Shown piece after piece: positions 37,814 to 47,846 of a stretch of 61,199 nt of DNA. Source of the stretch: a virus (lineage: Duplodnaviria; Caudoviricetes); the IMG/VR virus record IMGVR_UViG_3300032233_000543, positions 1 through 61,199 of that record. The stretch is one strand, 5' to 3'. The notes under the pieces are model-generated. The model did no database searches, was not told the DNA's origin, and worked only from the letters and a program-made list of their open reading frames with translations. Made by a program: the position numbers and the translations under genes. Position 1 is the stretch's first letter. Every line of letters starts with the position of its first letter.

Positions 37814-39742
37814 TTATTTGCCCAAGCCTAAATTACCCAACAGATCGGTAACAGATTGCAGTGAAACATTGCTGGGATTGTTACCAACCATCTTAATGCC
37901 ACCACCAATACCGCTTAAAATTTCTTGAAGGGTACTAGGCGTTGCCATATTAATATTGGTTGCAGAAATTGGCATGCCTTGCAGCAAAGATTGCTGATAC
38001 TGAACCATCTTATAGGGGTTCTCACGAGCCTGCTCAAATGCGGCCTTGTCTGCGGCAATACCTTCAGCTTCAATGTTGCGTTGCTGTCCGCCTTGATCTG
38101 ACATGAATTTAGCCAAGCCCAAATCTCTAGCCTGCTCGGTATTGAACTGACCCATAGCCTTATCAAACGCATTTGAGTAACCAGCGCCAATTGTTTTGTT
38201 TTGCTCTGCCAACAAGTTGCGGGCCCCTTCAGATTCCATGATGGCTTGACGGCCACCACCAAACGCGCCTGACTTAGTAAACGCACCCAGACCAGCCAAG
38301 TTGTTAATCTGAGCCTGACGACGCATCTCTTCCATCTGAGGCTGCAAAACAGACTGCAAGTACGGGTTCATGTACTGCGCTGCAATGCCTTGGGGCTGTT
38401 GGATACCGCCTGCTGGGTTTGGTTGTGGGCTAGTAGTAGCGCCGGGTGTTGGAAACTCCCCATATTGAGGCATGCCTATAGCGTCTCGGGAGATTGGCGC
38501 TCCCTGTCCAGTACCAATAGGCTGCTGTTGGTAAGCCCCCATATTCATTTGCGGCGCTGGGTATGCGCCAGCCGAACTAAAACTTGCCCCCAGATTACCG
38601 GGAAAGTTCATGCTTTGCAAACCACCAAACACTTTACTCTGCAAGCCAGACTCGCCAGCAGTCAAAGGACCCATGTACTGTTGGTATGGCGCATTGGCCA
38701 GTGCCTGACCTTTGCCCAGCATGTTCGCTATGTACTCACCAGCAAATGTATTAGGGGCAGTTTCTGAACCAGTAACACCCGCTGCAGCCGCAGTGCCAAG
38801 CCCGGATACCGCACTTCCAGTTTCTCCGGCAAACTTTTTAACTTCACCGCCAGCAGCATAAGCACTGGCCAAACCACCGGGCATAAACTTGTCAGGGTTA
38901 ATTCTCTTGCCTTGTTCTTTTGTGCCTGTACGGGCTTGGCGAATCTTGTCCATCATGCTGTACAGCTTCTTGGCCCCAGCATCAGAGTTACCGTTGCCTA
39001 AATGAGACACAACATCCGCAGGGATAACAAACTCACCATGGCTAAGTGCTGCGGGTTGATCTTCGCCAATCTGGGCAGGAATCTTGTCGGCCATACCATC
39101 AGTCTCTCCTTGTAGGTAACGACCTTTGGCTAACTCCATCAATCCACCGTGCGCGGCTTTAACTTCTGGTGCAACTGGGGCTGAACCCCTTGGTACAAAC
39201 GAAACGTCGCCACCGTAGTTAATGCCGCCTTGGCCGGGGCGATACCCCTGCGCTCTTGTTGGGGGAGCAGTGACCATATTGCGCACCGCGTCGTACTTGG
39301 GGATGCTGCCTTGGTATCCAGACTTTTGCTTGTTGGGGCTAAGTGCGCCAAGCCCGCCAGCCAAACCGCCAGCAATTCCAGCAAGGGTTTTTAAATTTAG
39401 ATTGCCTTTATCGTCAACAAACAGCTTTCTAAGTAAACCGCTGCTATCCGCGTTAATAAGTTTAATAGCTTCCGCTGCCGATGCACTCATATTACCAGCG
39501 CCAACGCCTCCAGCTCCTGTGTCTGTACTGGCTGTGCCGTCGTTCTCGTAATAGATATTACCTACGTTAGGATTGTTGAAGCCACCACTGGCAGTAGTGC
39601 CAGTACCATCGTTTTCGTAATAAACAGGCTCTGTAGACGTAGAAGACGTGCCATCGTTTTCGTAATAAACAGGGTTGGTATAGCCAGAAAATAAATTGAA
39701 ATCGTCACTAGAGACAGTGCCGTCATTTTCGTAAAAATCCAT
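37814..39742 (-). CDS. Putative ejection/DNA-transfer protein
   Basis: YENDGT x4, DKIPA..LSHGEFV segment, YMNPY and GAFGGGRQ motifs. Confidence 0.7.
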   Translation of the reverse strand: MDFYENDGTVSSDDFNLFSGYTNPVYYENDGTSSTSTEPVYYENDGTGTTASGGFNNPNVGNIYYENDGTASTDTGAGGVGAGNMSASAAEAIKLINADSSGLLRKLFVDDKGNLNLKTLAGIAGGLAGGLGALSPNKQKSGYQGSIPKYDAVRNMVTAPPTRAQGYRPGQGGINYGGDVSFVPRGSAPVAPEVKAAHGGLMELAKGRYLQGETDGMADKIPAQIGEDQPAALSHGEFVIPADVVSHLGNGNSDAGAKKLYSMMDKIRQARTGTKEQGKRINPDKFMPGGLASAYAAGGEVKKFAGETGSAVSGLGTAAAAGVTGSETAPNTFAGEYIANMLGKGQALANAPYQQYMGPLTAGESGLQSKVFGGLQSMNFPGNLGASFSSAGAYPAPQMNMGAYQQQPIGTGQGAPISRDAIGMPQYGEFPTPGATTSPQPNPAGGIQQPQGIAAQYMNPYLQSVLQPQMEEMRRQAQINNLAGLGAFTKSGAFGGGRQAIMESEGARNLLAEQNKTIGAGYSNAFDKAMGQFNTEQARDLGLAKFMSDQGGQQRNIEAEGIAADKAAFEQARENPYKMVQYQQSLLQGMPISATNINMATPSTLQEILSGIGGGIKMVGNNPSNVSLQSVTDLLGNLGLGK

Positions 39743-39743
39743 A

Positions 39744-42203
39744 TTAGCCCCTTAAAATTCGCAGTAAGGCATCAACGTCAAAGTCATCTACGTGTCCACC
39801 TGTAAAAAGTTGTTCTTCACCTTCGTTTTGCGAAGCCGTACCTGAGTCATCCCTGCTACCATAATCTGCATCAGCTTGCGGTCCACCCGCTGACGGTGGT
39901 ACATAACTATCCCCAAACAAGCCTTCACCAAAAAGTTCTTTAAACGATTTTATATTAGCAAGCTGATCTTTGCTACTTAAAAGATTTAACAAATCTGCAT
40001 TTGATGTTGGTTGCCCCAGTCCAAACAAAGCGGTCCCCGCTGCCGTTCCGATTGGCAGTGTCCCAGTAGTTCCTGAACCGCCCGTGGTTGTTGTACCGGG
40101 TTTGGTAGGAGTAACAGTTTTTGGAGGGGTAACGGTACTTGGCGGGGCGACGGTACTTGGTGGGGTAGTAGGCGCTGGGCCGCTTCCTCCGGGTGTATTT
40201 CCAGTCCCACCAGTAGCGGCAACATAACCAGAATCGGCGGTATTAAGTAGCCCATTTTTAATCATGGAGCTAACTTCTTCTCGGCTTAAAGCATAAGAAT
40301 CGCCATTTTCATTTGTGCCAATACCCGTACCGTCATCGTTAACCATCACCCGGTCATTGCCAACAGTCTGCCATTGAGAGGTATACCCGCCTTTATTCTC
40401 AATAATATCTGTCAGATTTTTGTTGTACGAATCCCAGTTGTCTGGCGTTACCTGCATTTCTTGGCCGGGCAACGATGCAAGTAAAGCTTCACGCTTGGCA
40501 ATTTCTTCTGCAGACAAGCCCGTGTTGTACAAAGCATTCCAGTCTGTTTCTTCTGGGCTAGTTGGTAAAGTACCACCAAACGTTGGGTCAAACACGCTTT
40601 CAGAATTACCGCTAGATGGCGGTATTGTGGGTACAAAGTCTTCGTCTGGACTTGGCGTTCCGGAATTTAATAGCTGATCAACAACATCAGGTGTTGGCGC
40701 TTCATTCACCGGAATAGTTGGCCCCTCATCTAAGCCTGTGGTGTCTTGAATAGGGGGCGCTTCAATTTGAGTTTCTTTGGTAGTTAGGCCTGCATCTTGT
40801 AGTTGTTGAACCACATCTTTGGTAGCGGGTGTTGGCTCTGGTGTTGGTTCTGGCTCCGGTGTCGGTGCTGGCTCTGGAACAACTTTTGCCTCTGCCATTT
40901 TTTGAGCAGCTAACTTATCATCAAATGCCTGCTTAATGATTTGGGCATTCTTTTCTTCTTGCGTTTGGTAATTTGCAACAGTTGCGTCTAGCGCAGCCTT
41001 TTTGTTTAGGAATGCACTTTCTAACCCTGTGTATTGTGATTTTGCAGAATTTAACGTAGACTCAAGTTGAGCAAGGCCAGTTTTATTTGCTTCAAGAGCG
41101 GGCGATCCGTTATTAACTATATCTGCATATTTAGTAGCTTCTGCTGCGTGGTGATTAGCTGCACTTTGGAGTCTTAGCAGAACGTCGTTCCAAGTCGTTA
41201 TCTCGCCTGTGGCAGCGCTCATCCAACGCCCCCGGCCTATGTGCATCCATTCCGGTTGGTAGAGGGTTCCAGCAAGGCCGGTTTCGCTGTCCACATACTG
41301 TTTAGCCACTTGAGGTTGACCGTTATACCAAGTTTCAAAATCCGTCTGCGCTAAATTAAGTTGGTCGTTGTATTTGTTATATTGATCAAAGTTTGTTTGA
41401 TATTGATTGTAGGCCGATTGAAGTTCTGATTGTTGTGCCTGAGCCTCTGCAAGCTTGGCGTTATATTGCTCAGCAATGTTGTTTTGGTGGGCAATGTTAT
41501 TGTCTAATGCCTGCCCTGCGGTAGATGTTTCATCATAGGAAGAACGCAAAGAACTACTTAAATCTTTTATGCCGTTATTAATATAAGAACCGGCCTCTTT
41601 TGCAAGGCTTCCAAGCAAAGACTGCGTTACAGTGTCGCCAACATTTTGACCCAGAACACCAGCGGCAAGGCCAGCATTAATAGCACGTTGTGCGGCTGCA
41701 CCAGCGTCTCCGTACTCTGACTTTAAGCTGCTAAAGCCGGGTATTTCGTTTGTAAAGGCATTAACACCTTCCATCACCCCGGTGGATAACCCAGCTGTTA
41801 AGCCACCTCTAATTAAAGCTTCAATAGGATCTTGACCACTTAGTGTCGACCCAATTACCCCTCGGACAGCGCCTCCCGCCATAGACCCAGCAACTTTTCC
41901 AATTGATGCTGCAATTGAGGTAGCGCCAGCATCTGACGCCGCTTGTGTAATAGCTCCAGTAACTTCTCCGGCTATCCCAGCCCCAACAAAAGACGCGATA
42001 CCTCCAACAACCGCGCCTTTCAAAGAATCGCTTAAAGATCTGCCTTGGGCTAGCGACGCACCCGCAGACAAAACGCCTGCGCCAATAGCGGTAGCAGCTG
42101 CTCCAGTAATTGTGGCCCCAACGAGAGCTGCCGCTGCCGTTCCAATAGAAGCTGCTACACCCGTTGCCGCCGCCCCGGCTAGAAGAAATGGTACTGCTGG
42201 CAT
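39744..42203 (-). CDS. Putative ejection protein with hydrophobic G/A-rich N-terminus
   Basis: Membrane-like N-terminus, coiled coil and P/T-rich C-terminus. Confidence 0.6.
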   Translation of the reverse strand: MPAVPFLLAGAAATGVAASIGTAAAALVGATITGAAATAIGAGVLSAGASLAQGRSLSDSLKGAVVGGIASFVGAGIAGEVTGAITQAASDAGATSIAASIGKVAGSMAGGAVRGVIGSTLSGQDPIEALIRGGLTAGLSTGVMEGVNAFTNEIPGFSSLKSEYGDAGAAAQRAINAGLAAGVLGQNVGDTVTQSLLGSLAKEAGSYINNGIKDLSSSLRSSYDETSTAGQALDNNIAHQNNIAEQYNAKLAEAQAQQSELQSAYNQYQTNFDQYNKYNDQLNLAQTDFETWYNGQPQVAKQYVDSETGLAGTLYQPEWMHIGRGRWMSAATGEITTWNDVLLRLQSAANHHAAEATKYADIVNNGSPALEANKTGLAQLESTLNSAKSQYTGLESAFLNKKAALDATVANYQTQEEKNAQIIKQAFDDKLAAQKMAEAKVVPEPAPTPEPEPTPEPTPATKDVVQQLQDAGLTTKETQIEAPPIQDTTGLDEGPTIPVNEAPTPDVVDQLLNSGTPSPDEDFVPTIPPSSGNSESVFDPTFGGTLPTSPEETDWNALYNTGLSAEEIAKREALLASLPGQEMQVTPDNWDSYNKNLTDIIENKGGYTSQWQTVGNDRVMVNDDGTGIGTNENGDSYALSREEVSSMIKNGLLNTADSGYVAATGGTGNTPGGSGPAPTTPPSTVAPPSTVTPPKTVTPTKPGTTTTGGSGTTGTLPIGTAAGTALFGLGQPTSNADLLNLLSSKDQLANIKSFKELFGEGLFGDSYVPPSAGGPQADADYGSRDDSGTASQNEGEEQLFTGGHVDDFDVDALLRILRG

Positions 42204-42204
42204 A

Positions 42205-42618
42205 TTAGAACTCCATTACGTAAGCGGTCATAGGCTTACCTTTAACTTTGACATCGTAAGATTTAAAAGGCAACCCAGTCATTTTTGCTAAACGAGCAAA
42301 CCGTTTGTCTTCTGTATATGTGTATGCAGTTTTTACGTCAATGTTCTTTAGATAAGCAGCAAGCTGTTTAAAGTCTTCCGCGAGCATACGCGGTTGTTCT
42401 TCATTACCAATGGTGTGAATTTCTACAATACCCTTACCACGAACCATAACGAGAAAAAGAACATTACCCAAATTAACCAGCTTTGCGCCGTCTTCTTGAA
42501 CAATACCCGCAAGTTTTCCCAGCAGTTCTTCCGCTTGCTGTTGAGAGCCGGTTTGTTGCTTAAAATAATTTAGAGCAATGTTGACAATTTTTTGTTCTTC
42601 AGCTGTTTGATTTGCCAT
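42205..42618 (-). CDS. Hypothetical protein, possibly GNAT-like fold
   Basis: Sits between tail and ejection genes; start probably at MANQ. Confidence 0.55.
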   Translation of the reverse strand: MANQTAEEQKIVNIALNYFKQQTGSQQQAEELLGKLAGIVQEDGAKLVNLGNVLFLVMVRGKGIVEIHTIGNEEQPRMLAEDFKQLAAYLKNIDVKTAYTYTEDKRFARLAKMTGLPFKSYDVKVKGKPMTAYVMEF

Positions 42619-42620
42619 TT

Positions 42621-42968
42621 TTAACCCACCTTCCAATTAGTTCCGTCTGAATATACGGGCACAGCCACTGCACCGCCAGTAACAACAGTAGCGCCAAATG
42701 TTGGCGTTAAAGCATCCGTAACAAAAGCCCTCGCCCCCTTGCCAGACGTAACGGCACTAGGCAATGTAGACACCGTGTAGTTAACCAATGGCGGCTGAAT
42801 GCCAGAAGTTTTTAACTGGTCAAGAATTGCATCTACCCGGTTAAAGTACAAGCGAAACACGTTATTAAGCTGGTCTGTATAGGCCCGAGAATACTGTTCT
42901 GTGGCCAGCGGCAAGTTAGGCGCGGCTACTTGACTAAGTTCAAACTCTGCCGTAACAAGTAAAGTCAT
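42621..42968 (-). CDS. Virion structural protein
   Basis: LRLYFN-like and SDGTNW motifs; coupled to the upstream gene. Confidence 0.6.
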   Translation of the reverse strand: MTLLVTAEFELSQVAAPNLPLATEQYSRAYTDQLNNVFRLYFNRVDAILDQLKTSGIQPPLVNYTVSTLPSAVTSGKGARAFVTDALTPTFGATVVTGGAVAVPVYSDGTNWKVG

Positions 42969-44833
42969 GAGTTACCTCTGCGACCGTCTTGTTTGATGTC
43001 AATACGTGGGCTACCAAGCTGCCAAGCGCAACCCAGCTGGTTGTTTTCAACCTTCAAAATCATCTGACGGCCACGCACCCGAACATAAACCTGCCCAGTA
43101 AACTGCTCAATAGGAACGGTAGCGCTACGCACAACTGTGGCATCAGTGTTACCACCCACAGAAATAGGATCGTTGTAGCCTGAACCAGAGTTCTGCATTG
43201 GGATCAAAGTCATGGTGACTTGGGGGGCCGCAGCGTCGGAACCTACAAAAGTCATGTCGGGCAGCATACGCCACACAAAGCCAAAGTGATCGCCGTCGTC
43301 AATGTCAAATTCAGTAGTCTCAATTAACGAATTAATTGGCAATGATGTTTCAGTGGAGTTGTCATCGTTTCCAAGTTCGTGGTAAACAATGTTGTTAATT
43401 GCGGTTGCGGCCATGGGGTTGTTCCGCAAGCCAGAGTCAAGCCATGCGGTTCTGGACATTTCGCCGTAATACCATACGCCTTCGCCGTTGTTCTCAGCAT
43501 AGTTGTACACCACATATCGGTCAATTTCAGTGGCGTTTGTAGAGCAATAGAAGAACCAGACTTCGTTAAAGCCTTCGTTGGTGCTTGCAAAAAACTGATC
43601 CTGTTGGGCTAAATTAATGTCTTCAAAAATAAACTTACGCAAGTCGCAACGCAATGTTTGCAAACGGCCATCGTATTTATAAAACTTATCTATGCCCATC
43701 CAGTAAATCACGCCCGAGCCAATTGCTGTGGCATTAGGGCTGACAATAGAAATGTTGTCGCCCAACAACTGAGAACTCCAAATTACAGGCGGTCCTTGGT
43801 ATTGAAGTGAATACAAGGCCGAATCCGTCAGCACTACAATCTCTTGACGGGTCTGGATGGCAGTAACAATCTTAGAGCCATGAGACAACAACAAACTACT
43901 AGCTTGGTTAGTTGCCGCAGGCGTCCACTGAGTTACGCTTTCTTGGTCAGACCAACGCAGTAGCATAGGGTTCTGTGTAGCGCTACCGTAGTCGTTTACA
44001 CCAAAACAAAATACAAACCGGTTGATGGCGGAAACAAGTAAATAATTCTGCATGAGCGGAACATCAGAAGCGCCGCCCAAGCTAGACACCAAGACACCCC
44101 TAGCCCCAAGGCCGCCGGTGTTGTCCCAGTAATACAACGCTCCGCCACGGTAGCCAAACACCAAGTCTTCGCCAAAGTTAGCCTGCGCCCACAACCTAAT
44201 TGGAATGGTTGATGCTCCCCCGCCAGTACCCCAAGGGCCAGCGCCCCAATTTCCAGCGCCCCATCCAGTAAACGGCAGCGCATAGGCCGCCCCTATTTGA
44301 ATTTGATACGCAGCCACGACAGATGCACCGCCAGAACTTCCAGCTGCAATTACAGAAGTCGTAGTGATTGTGTACGTGTCAACTGTTAAAACAGTAATCA
44401 CAAACTCGGCGTTAAAGATAGCGGCGTAAGTGCCTGTAGCGCCGCTAAAGGTTACAAAGTCCCCAGTAGTGCCGCCGTGCGCAGTGTCTGTAACAGTGAC
44501 CGTAGTTGTGCCGTTACCAGTAAAAGGGTTGTTGTTGATTGTGGAAGAGGCGCGGAGCGGCGTAATGTCGTTGTAAGTGCCACCCGACTCAATGTAAAAC
44601 TTTAGATTTGTACCAACGCCAAGATAGTTAGCGCCTCCTAACGTCGCCCAGTTCCATAAAGAACGGCAAACGCCAAGAAAAAAGTTGGCCGAAAGCCGAG
44701 TCCAACCACCAATTTTCTCGGGCGTACCCTGACGGAAACGGACGTTGTTTGAAACGTAGTATCCGTTTTCATTGGTATAGCGGGTGTTTTCTCTGTTTAC
44801 ACCAGCTCTTAGGGTTAGTTTCTTTAATGGCAT
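42965..44833 (-). CDS. Tail tubular/nozzle protein (P22 gp10-like)
   Basis: 622-aa beta-rich protein; VRFR.G.PEKIGGW, RWSDQE and RGRQ motifs. Confidence 0.75.
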   Translation of the reverse strand: MPLKKLTLRAGVNRENTRYTNENGYYVSNNVRFRQGTPEKIGGWTRLSANFFLGVCRSLWNWATLGGANYLGVGTNLKFYIESGGTYNDITPLRASSTINNNPFTGNGTTTVTVTDTAHGGTTGDFVTFSGATGTYAAIFNAEFVITVLTVDTYTITTTSVIAAGSSGGASVVAAYQIQIGAAYALPFTGWGAGNWGAGPWGTGGGASTIPIRLWAQANFGEDLVFGYRGGALYYWDNTGGLGARGVLVSSLGGASDVPLMQNYLLVSAINRFVFCFGVNDYGSATQNPMLLRWSDQESVTQWTPAATNQASSLLLSHGSKIVTAIQTRQEIVVLTDSALYSLQYQGPPVIWSSQLLGDNISIVSPNATAIGSGVIYWMGIDKFYKYDGRLQTLRCDLRKFIFEDINLAQQDQFFASTNEGFNEVWFFYCSTNATEIDRYVVYNYAENNGEGVWYYGEMSRTAWLDSGLRNNPMAATAINNIVYHELGNDDNSTETSLPINSLIETTEFDIDDGDHFGFVWRMLPDMTFVGSDAAAPQVTMTLIPMQNSGSGYNDPISVGGNTDATVVRSATVPIEQFTGQVYVRVRGRQMILKVENNQLGCAWQLGSPRIDIKQDGRRGNS

Positions 44834-44863
44834 GGCTTATTTTCCCATCAATTTGGGTGCGCA

Positions 44864-45301
44864 TCAAGCATAAAGCCGTGTGCCAGTTTTGTCGATGATT
44901 AATGCTTGTTTTCTTGGGGCAGCATCTGGCGTGTTTGGGATGCTTAAATGCGTCCAGCGGTCAAACTCACGAATGACTTGGTCAAATGGCAGGCCAGACG
45001 CAATGATGGCTTTAACCACCTGATCGGGGGTTAGTTGAGGTACTCGGAAGTCCACAGCACAACCAAGGCGATGCTGAGAAGTATCTTTACTGCCCACAGA
45101 ATCATTGACTTGCTTGCCGCGATAACCCGAGCTGACCATGATGGGCTTGCCTCCAAGTGCTGTTTTGACGTCTTCAAGGAAGGCAGCAAGACGTTTGAGG
45201 TTTGCAAGTTCGGTTTCATTTGGCGTGTTATCCCAGCCGTTGCGCTCTGCGGTTTCTGAAGATGTAAGTTCATCCAACGTAAAGTGTTCTGTCAAATTCA
45301 T
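44864..45301 (-). CDS. Endolysin, peptidase M15A
   Basis: HFTLDEL, SSGYR, SQHRLGCAVD and WTHLS motifs. Confidence 0.9.
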   Translation of the reverse strand: MNLTEHFTLDELTSSETAERNGWDNTPNETELANLKRLAAFLEDVKTALGGKPIMVSSGYRGKQVNDSVGSKDTSQHRLGCAVDFRVPQLTPDQVVKAIIASGLPFDQVIREFDRWTHLSIPNTPDAAPRKQALIIDKTGTRLYA

Positions 45302-45705
45302 TTCTTAACCCTGTCGGCAATTTTTTCCATGGTGCGGCCACCAAAGTAGAACGACATTACGAGCATGCCCCACTGGCCCAGTAATTCAACGTAAGCGCCA
45401 CGGGTTTCATACTCAAAGATAGACGCGATGGCAAAGCCAGAATACGCCACAAGCAAGAAGATCAGCGTCATGGGGCGGATGTTTTTAGACAGCCACGAGT
45501 CACTACCCATATCGGCTTGAACACGCTGGGTGAGGTTGTTTTGCTCGGTCTCGTACAGTTTAGTTTCATTGGCTATCTTAGCCAGCTCACCGTCTTGCGC
45601 CAACTTTGCTAACTCAAGTTGCGCTTTGGCCTTGGCTTCGGGATCCGGGATGAGCTTGTCGATGAGCTTACCGCCCACGTTTAAAAGTGCGTCTAGTCCA
45701 ATCAT
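45298..45705 (-). CDS. Holin (GTA 3TM-like)
   Basis: SWLSKNIRP, transmembrane helices and FYFGGRT; adjacent to the endolysin. Confidence 0.8.
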   Translation of the reverse strand: MIGLDALLNVGGKLIDKLIPDPEAKAKAQLELAKLAQDGELAKIANETKLYETEQNNLTQRVQADMGSDSWLSKNIRPMTLIFLLVAYSGFAIASIFEYETRGAYVELLGQWGMLVMSFYFGGRTMEKIADRVKK

Positions 45706-45971
45706 TTTGGTTCCTCGTGTTTGTTTTCTTCATTCTGCATGAGTTTGATACCAGACAGGAACCCAATCATGCCGCCGATAAGAGTAGAAAAAGCGGGTGA
45801 AATCATTTTGAATATCTCTGCGTTGTCTACTTCTTTTGCCCACAGACCAAGGAGAAAGGCAAACACCATAGCCAAAACAGAGATGCACAGGGTGGTGCTT
45901 ACCATCAGCGTGACGTACAGCGTCAGCTTTTCCTTGGTGTCCGGTACGTGTTGTGGTGGCTTCTTCGTCAT
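45702..45971 (-). CDS. Two-TM membrane protein, lysis-associated
   Basis: Two hydrophobic helices. Confidence 0.65.
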   Translation of the reverse strand: MTKKPPQHVPDTKEKLTLYVTLMVSTTLCISVLAMVFAFLLGLWAKEVDNAEIFKMISPAFSTLIGGMIGFLSGIKLMQNEENKHEEPK

Positions 45972-46204
45972 ACATAAATGTCCAGTTTACGATTTTGAAA
46001 AATCTCCATGCGGAGCCGCTCTTGAACTACCTTTTTGCAGTAGATTTCAAACCCAATGTCCTGAAGTTCCGTTTGCTTTTGCTTGGCCACTTCAACCGTT
46101 TTGTTAACGTCTTGTTGTTTTTCTAGTTTAGCTTGGGCAAGGTCGTGCTTGTCGGGATAACCTGACGCTACAACTGTCGGAAATAATCTGATCGTTTCAA
46201 TCAT
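45968..46204 (-). CDS. Hypothetical protein
   Basis: Coupled; ends in LDIYV. Confidence 0.55.
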   Translation of the reverse strand: MIETIRLFPTVVASGYPDKHDLAQAKLEKQQDVNKTVEVAKQKQTELQDIGFEIYCKKVVQERLRMEIFQNRKLDIYV

Positions 46205-46485
46205 TTGCCTTCCCTTTCCCGAGCCCTTGCGTAGTAGTACAGCACTTTGGACCTCAATTCTGCGCTATCTGCAACACCGGCCCATTCCGCCAATTTATTC
46301 CAAATTCCAGCAAGCTGCTCTGAACTGCAATTATTCCCATTTGTTGTCAGCCACCTAGACAGCTCCATGTGGCGCATCGTCGGTTCACTAATCCAGCTCA
46401 GCGCATAAAAGTCCGTAACTATGCACGGCGCTTTAGCCTGCGCCCACAACATCCAACCTATGAGCAGCAGCCAAAACCAGCGCAT
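46201..46485 (-). CDS. Secreted/periplasmic hypothetical protein
   Basis: N-terminal signal-peptide-like stretch and two Cys. Confidence 0.6.
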   Translation of the reverse strand: MRWFWLLLIGWMLWAQAKAPCIVTDFYALSWISEPTMRHMELSRWLTTNGNNCSSEQLAGIWNKLAEWAGVADSAELRSKVLYYYARAREREGK

Positions 46486-46505
46486 TCATTTTGCCGTTTC
46501 CGTTA

Positions 46506-47051
46506 TCAACCACCCACCACAATTTGACCAGACTCCCAAGCATCTGTTGGCACAAGATTACCAAACGACCAGCAAATTCGGGTAGTACCTCCAGTGACTG
46601 GGGTCGTGTATTGAGTGTTGTTTGACGTTAAATACACAAGCAAATCGCCTTGGCCTACAGGGTAATCAACACCATTAATTTGAGTAACCCCGCCTGATTC
46701 AGTTGGTTGCGTAATAATAAAAGACCACAACTGCCCTTGGCCTTCAATCAAATAACCGTGATAATTAAAAATATCTGCGCCAGTAGGCATATAAGTTGTG
46801 ACAATACCATCACCGCCTTGCCCATCAACAATCGGGTACGCAGCCACACCACAGTACGCCCGCACTTGCGCGGCAACATCCAAAACATACTGTGGGTATG
46901 TATACAAACTTGTATCAATCCGAGAAGTGTACCGAAGCGTAGTGTAAGTCCCTAGCGTCATTTGGTTGTGATCGTGCCCGTACTGCGTCACTGCGCTAAG
47001 TTGAGCGCACTGCTCCGGGGTTAAGTAATTTTCAACGGTAACGATTCGCAT
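46506..47051 (-). CDS. 2OG-Fe(II) oxygenase-like protein, apparently degenerate
   Basis: ENYLTPEQC, ESGG.T, GDLLVY and TPV.GG.TRI pattern; no canonical HxD...H. Confidence 0.6.
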   Translation of the reverse strand: MRIVTVENYLTPEQCAQLSAVTQYGHDHNQMTLGTYTTLRYTSRIDTSLYTYPQYVLDVAAQVRAYCGVAAYPIVDGQGGDGIVTTYMPTGADIFNYHGYLIEGQGQLWSFIITQPTESGGVTQINGVDYPVGQGDLLVYLTSNNTQYTTPVTGGTTRICWSFGNLVPTDAWESGQIVVGG

Positions 47052-47452
47052 TACATACCTCTTTGAGTGGTTCTTTGGCTAAGATCGTCTTCTGTTAACG
47101 GGTAAAAATTAATATCAACTTCGCCTATATGGTAGCTTGTGGGAACAGATGCCGGATCAACAATATCTTCTACACGCTCACCATCTCGCATAGCGTGGAT
47201 ACAGTGGGCAAGAGTATCGTCCTCTAAGGCCACCAACTCGTGTACAACCCCGGCTTTAATAAAAATGTGGTGTGGCGCTTTAAAGTCAGTTGATTTACCC
47301 AAAGCATTTAAACGAAGACTTCCAGCAGACAATAAAGTCACATGGTCAAAACAATGGGCATGGCCCTGCTCTGTGTCTCCTGCTTTCATAAAACGCATTT
47401 GTTTAATAAACACATTTGAAACACAGCTAATGTGAGAGTGTGGTCTGTCCAT
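47051..47452 (-). CDS. Cupin-domain protein
   Basis: GHAHCFDHVTLL..GS and HELVALED..CIH motifs. Confidence 0.8.
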   Translation of the reverse strand: MDRPHSHISCVSNVFIKQMRFMKAGDTEQGHAHCFDHVTLLSAGSLRLNALGKSTDFKAPHHIFIKAGVVHELVALEDDTLAHCIHAMRDGERVEDIVDPASVPTSYHIGEVDINFYPLTEDDLSQRTTQRGM

Positions 47453-47455
47453 TTT

Positions 47456-47845
47456 TTATCCTATAACCGTTGATGTTGGAACTTTAATCCAAGATCTTGT
47501 TGTATCACTCCAGTAGTACTCAAACCCATCAACAGGATAAGGGACCGGTGGAATCCAAGAACAAGTTGTTTTATCCAAAACAAAGTACGGGTAAAAAGGA
47601 GGATGCGCAAACCCACCATGCTCGCCGCATTCAGGGTGAAATGTCCACCCAATACCCGCATACCTAAACCTGAAATTATGGTTGTAGGAAGTTTGTTTCC
47701 ACGTTGTGTTTGGAATTAAGTTTTGTAAGAAGGCAACCCCTAAAGGCTCACTTTCGGGAAATGGTAAATTTTGAAGGTCATCGTTGCTAACCACCAGTAC
47801 AGCAGTCACAATATTGTTTTCATTGAGTTGTGCAAAATGCGCCAT
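47456..47845 (-). CDS. Tail-fibre-associated hypothetical protein
   Basis: MAHFAQL, WKQTSYN, RYAGIG and W.PPVPYP motifs. Confidence 0.7.
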   Translation of the reverse strand: MAHFAQLNENNIVTAVLVVSNDDLQNLPFPESEPLGVAFLQNLIPNTTWKQTSYNHNFRFRYAGIGWTFHPECGEHGGFAHPPFYPYFVLDKTTCSWIPPVPYPVDGFEYYWSDTTRSWIKVPTSTVIG

Positions 47846-47846
47846 A

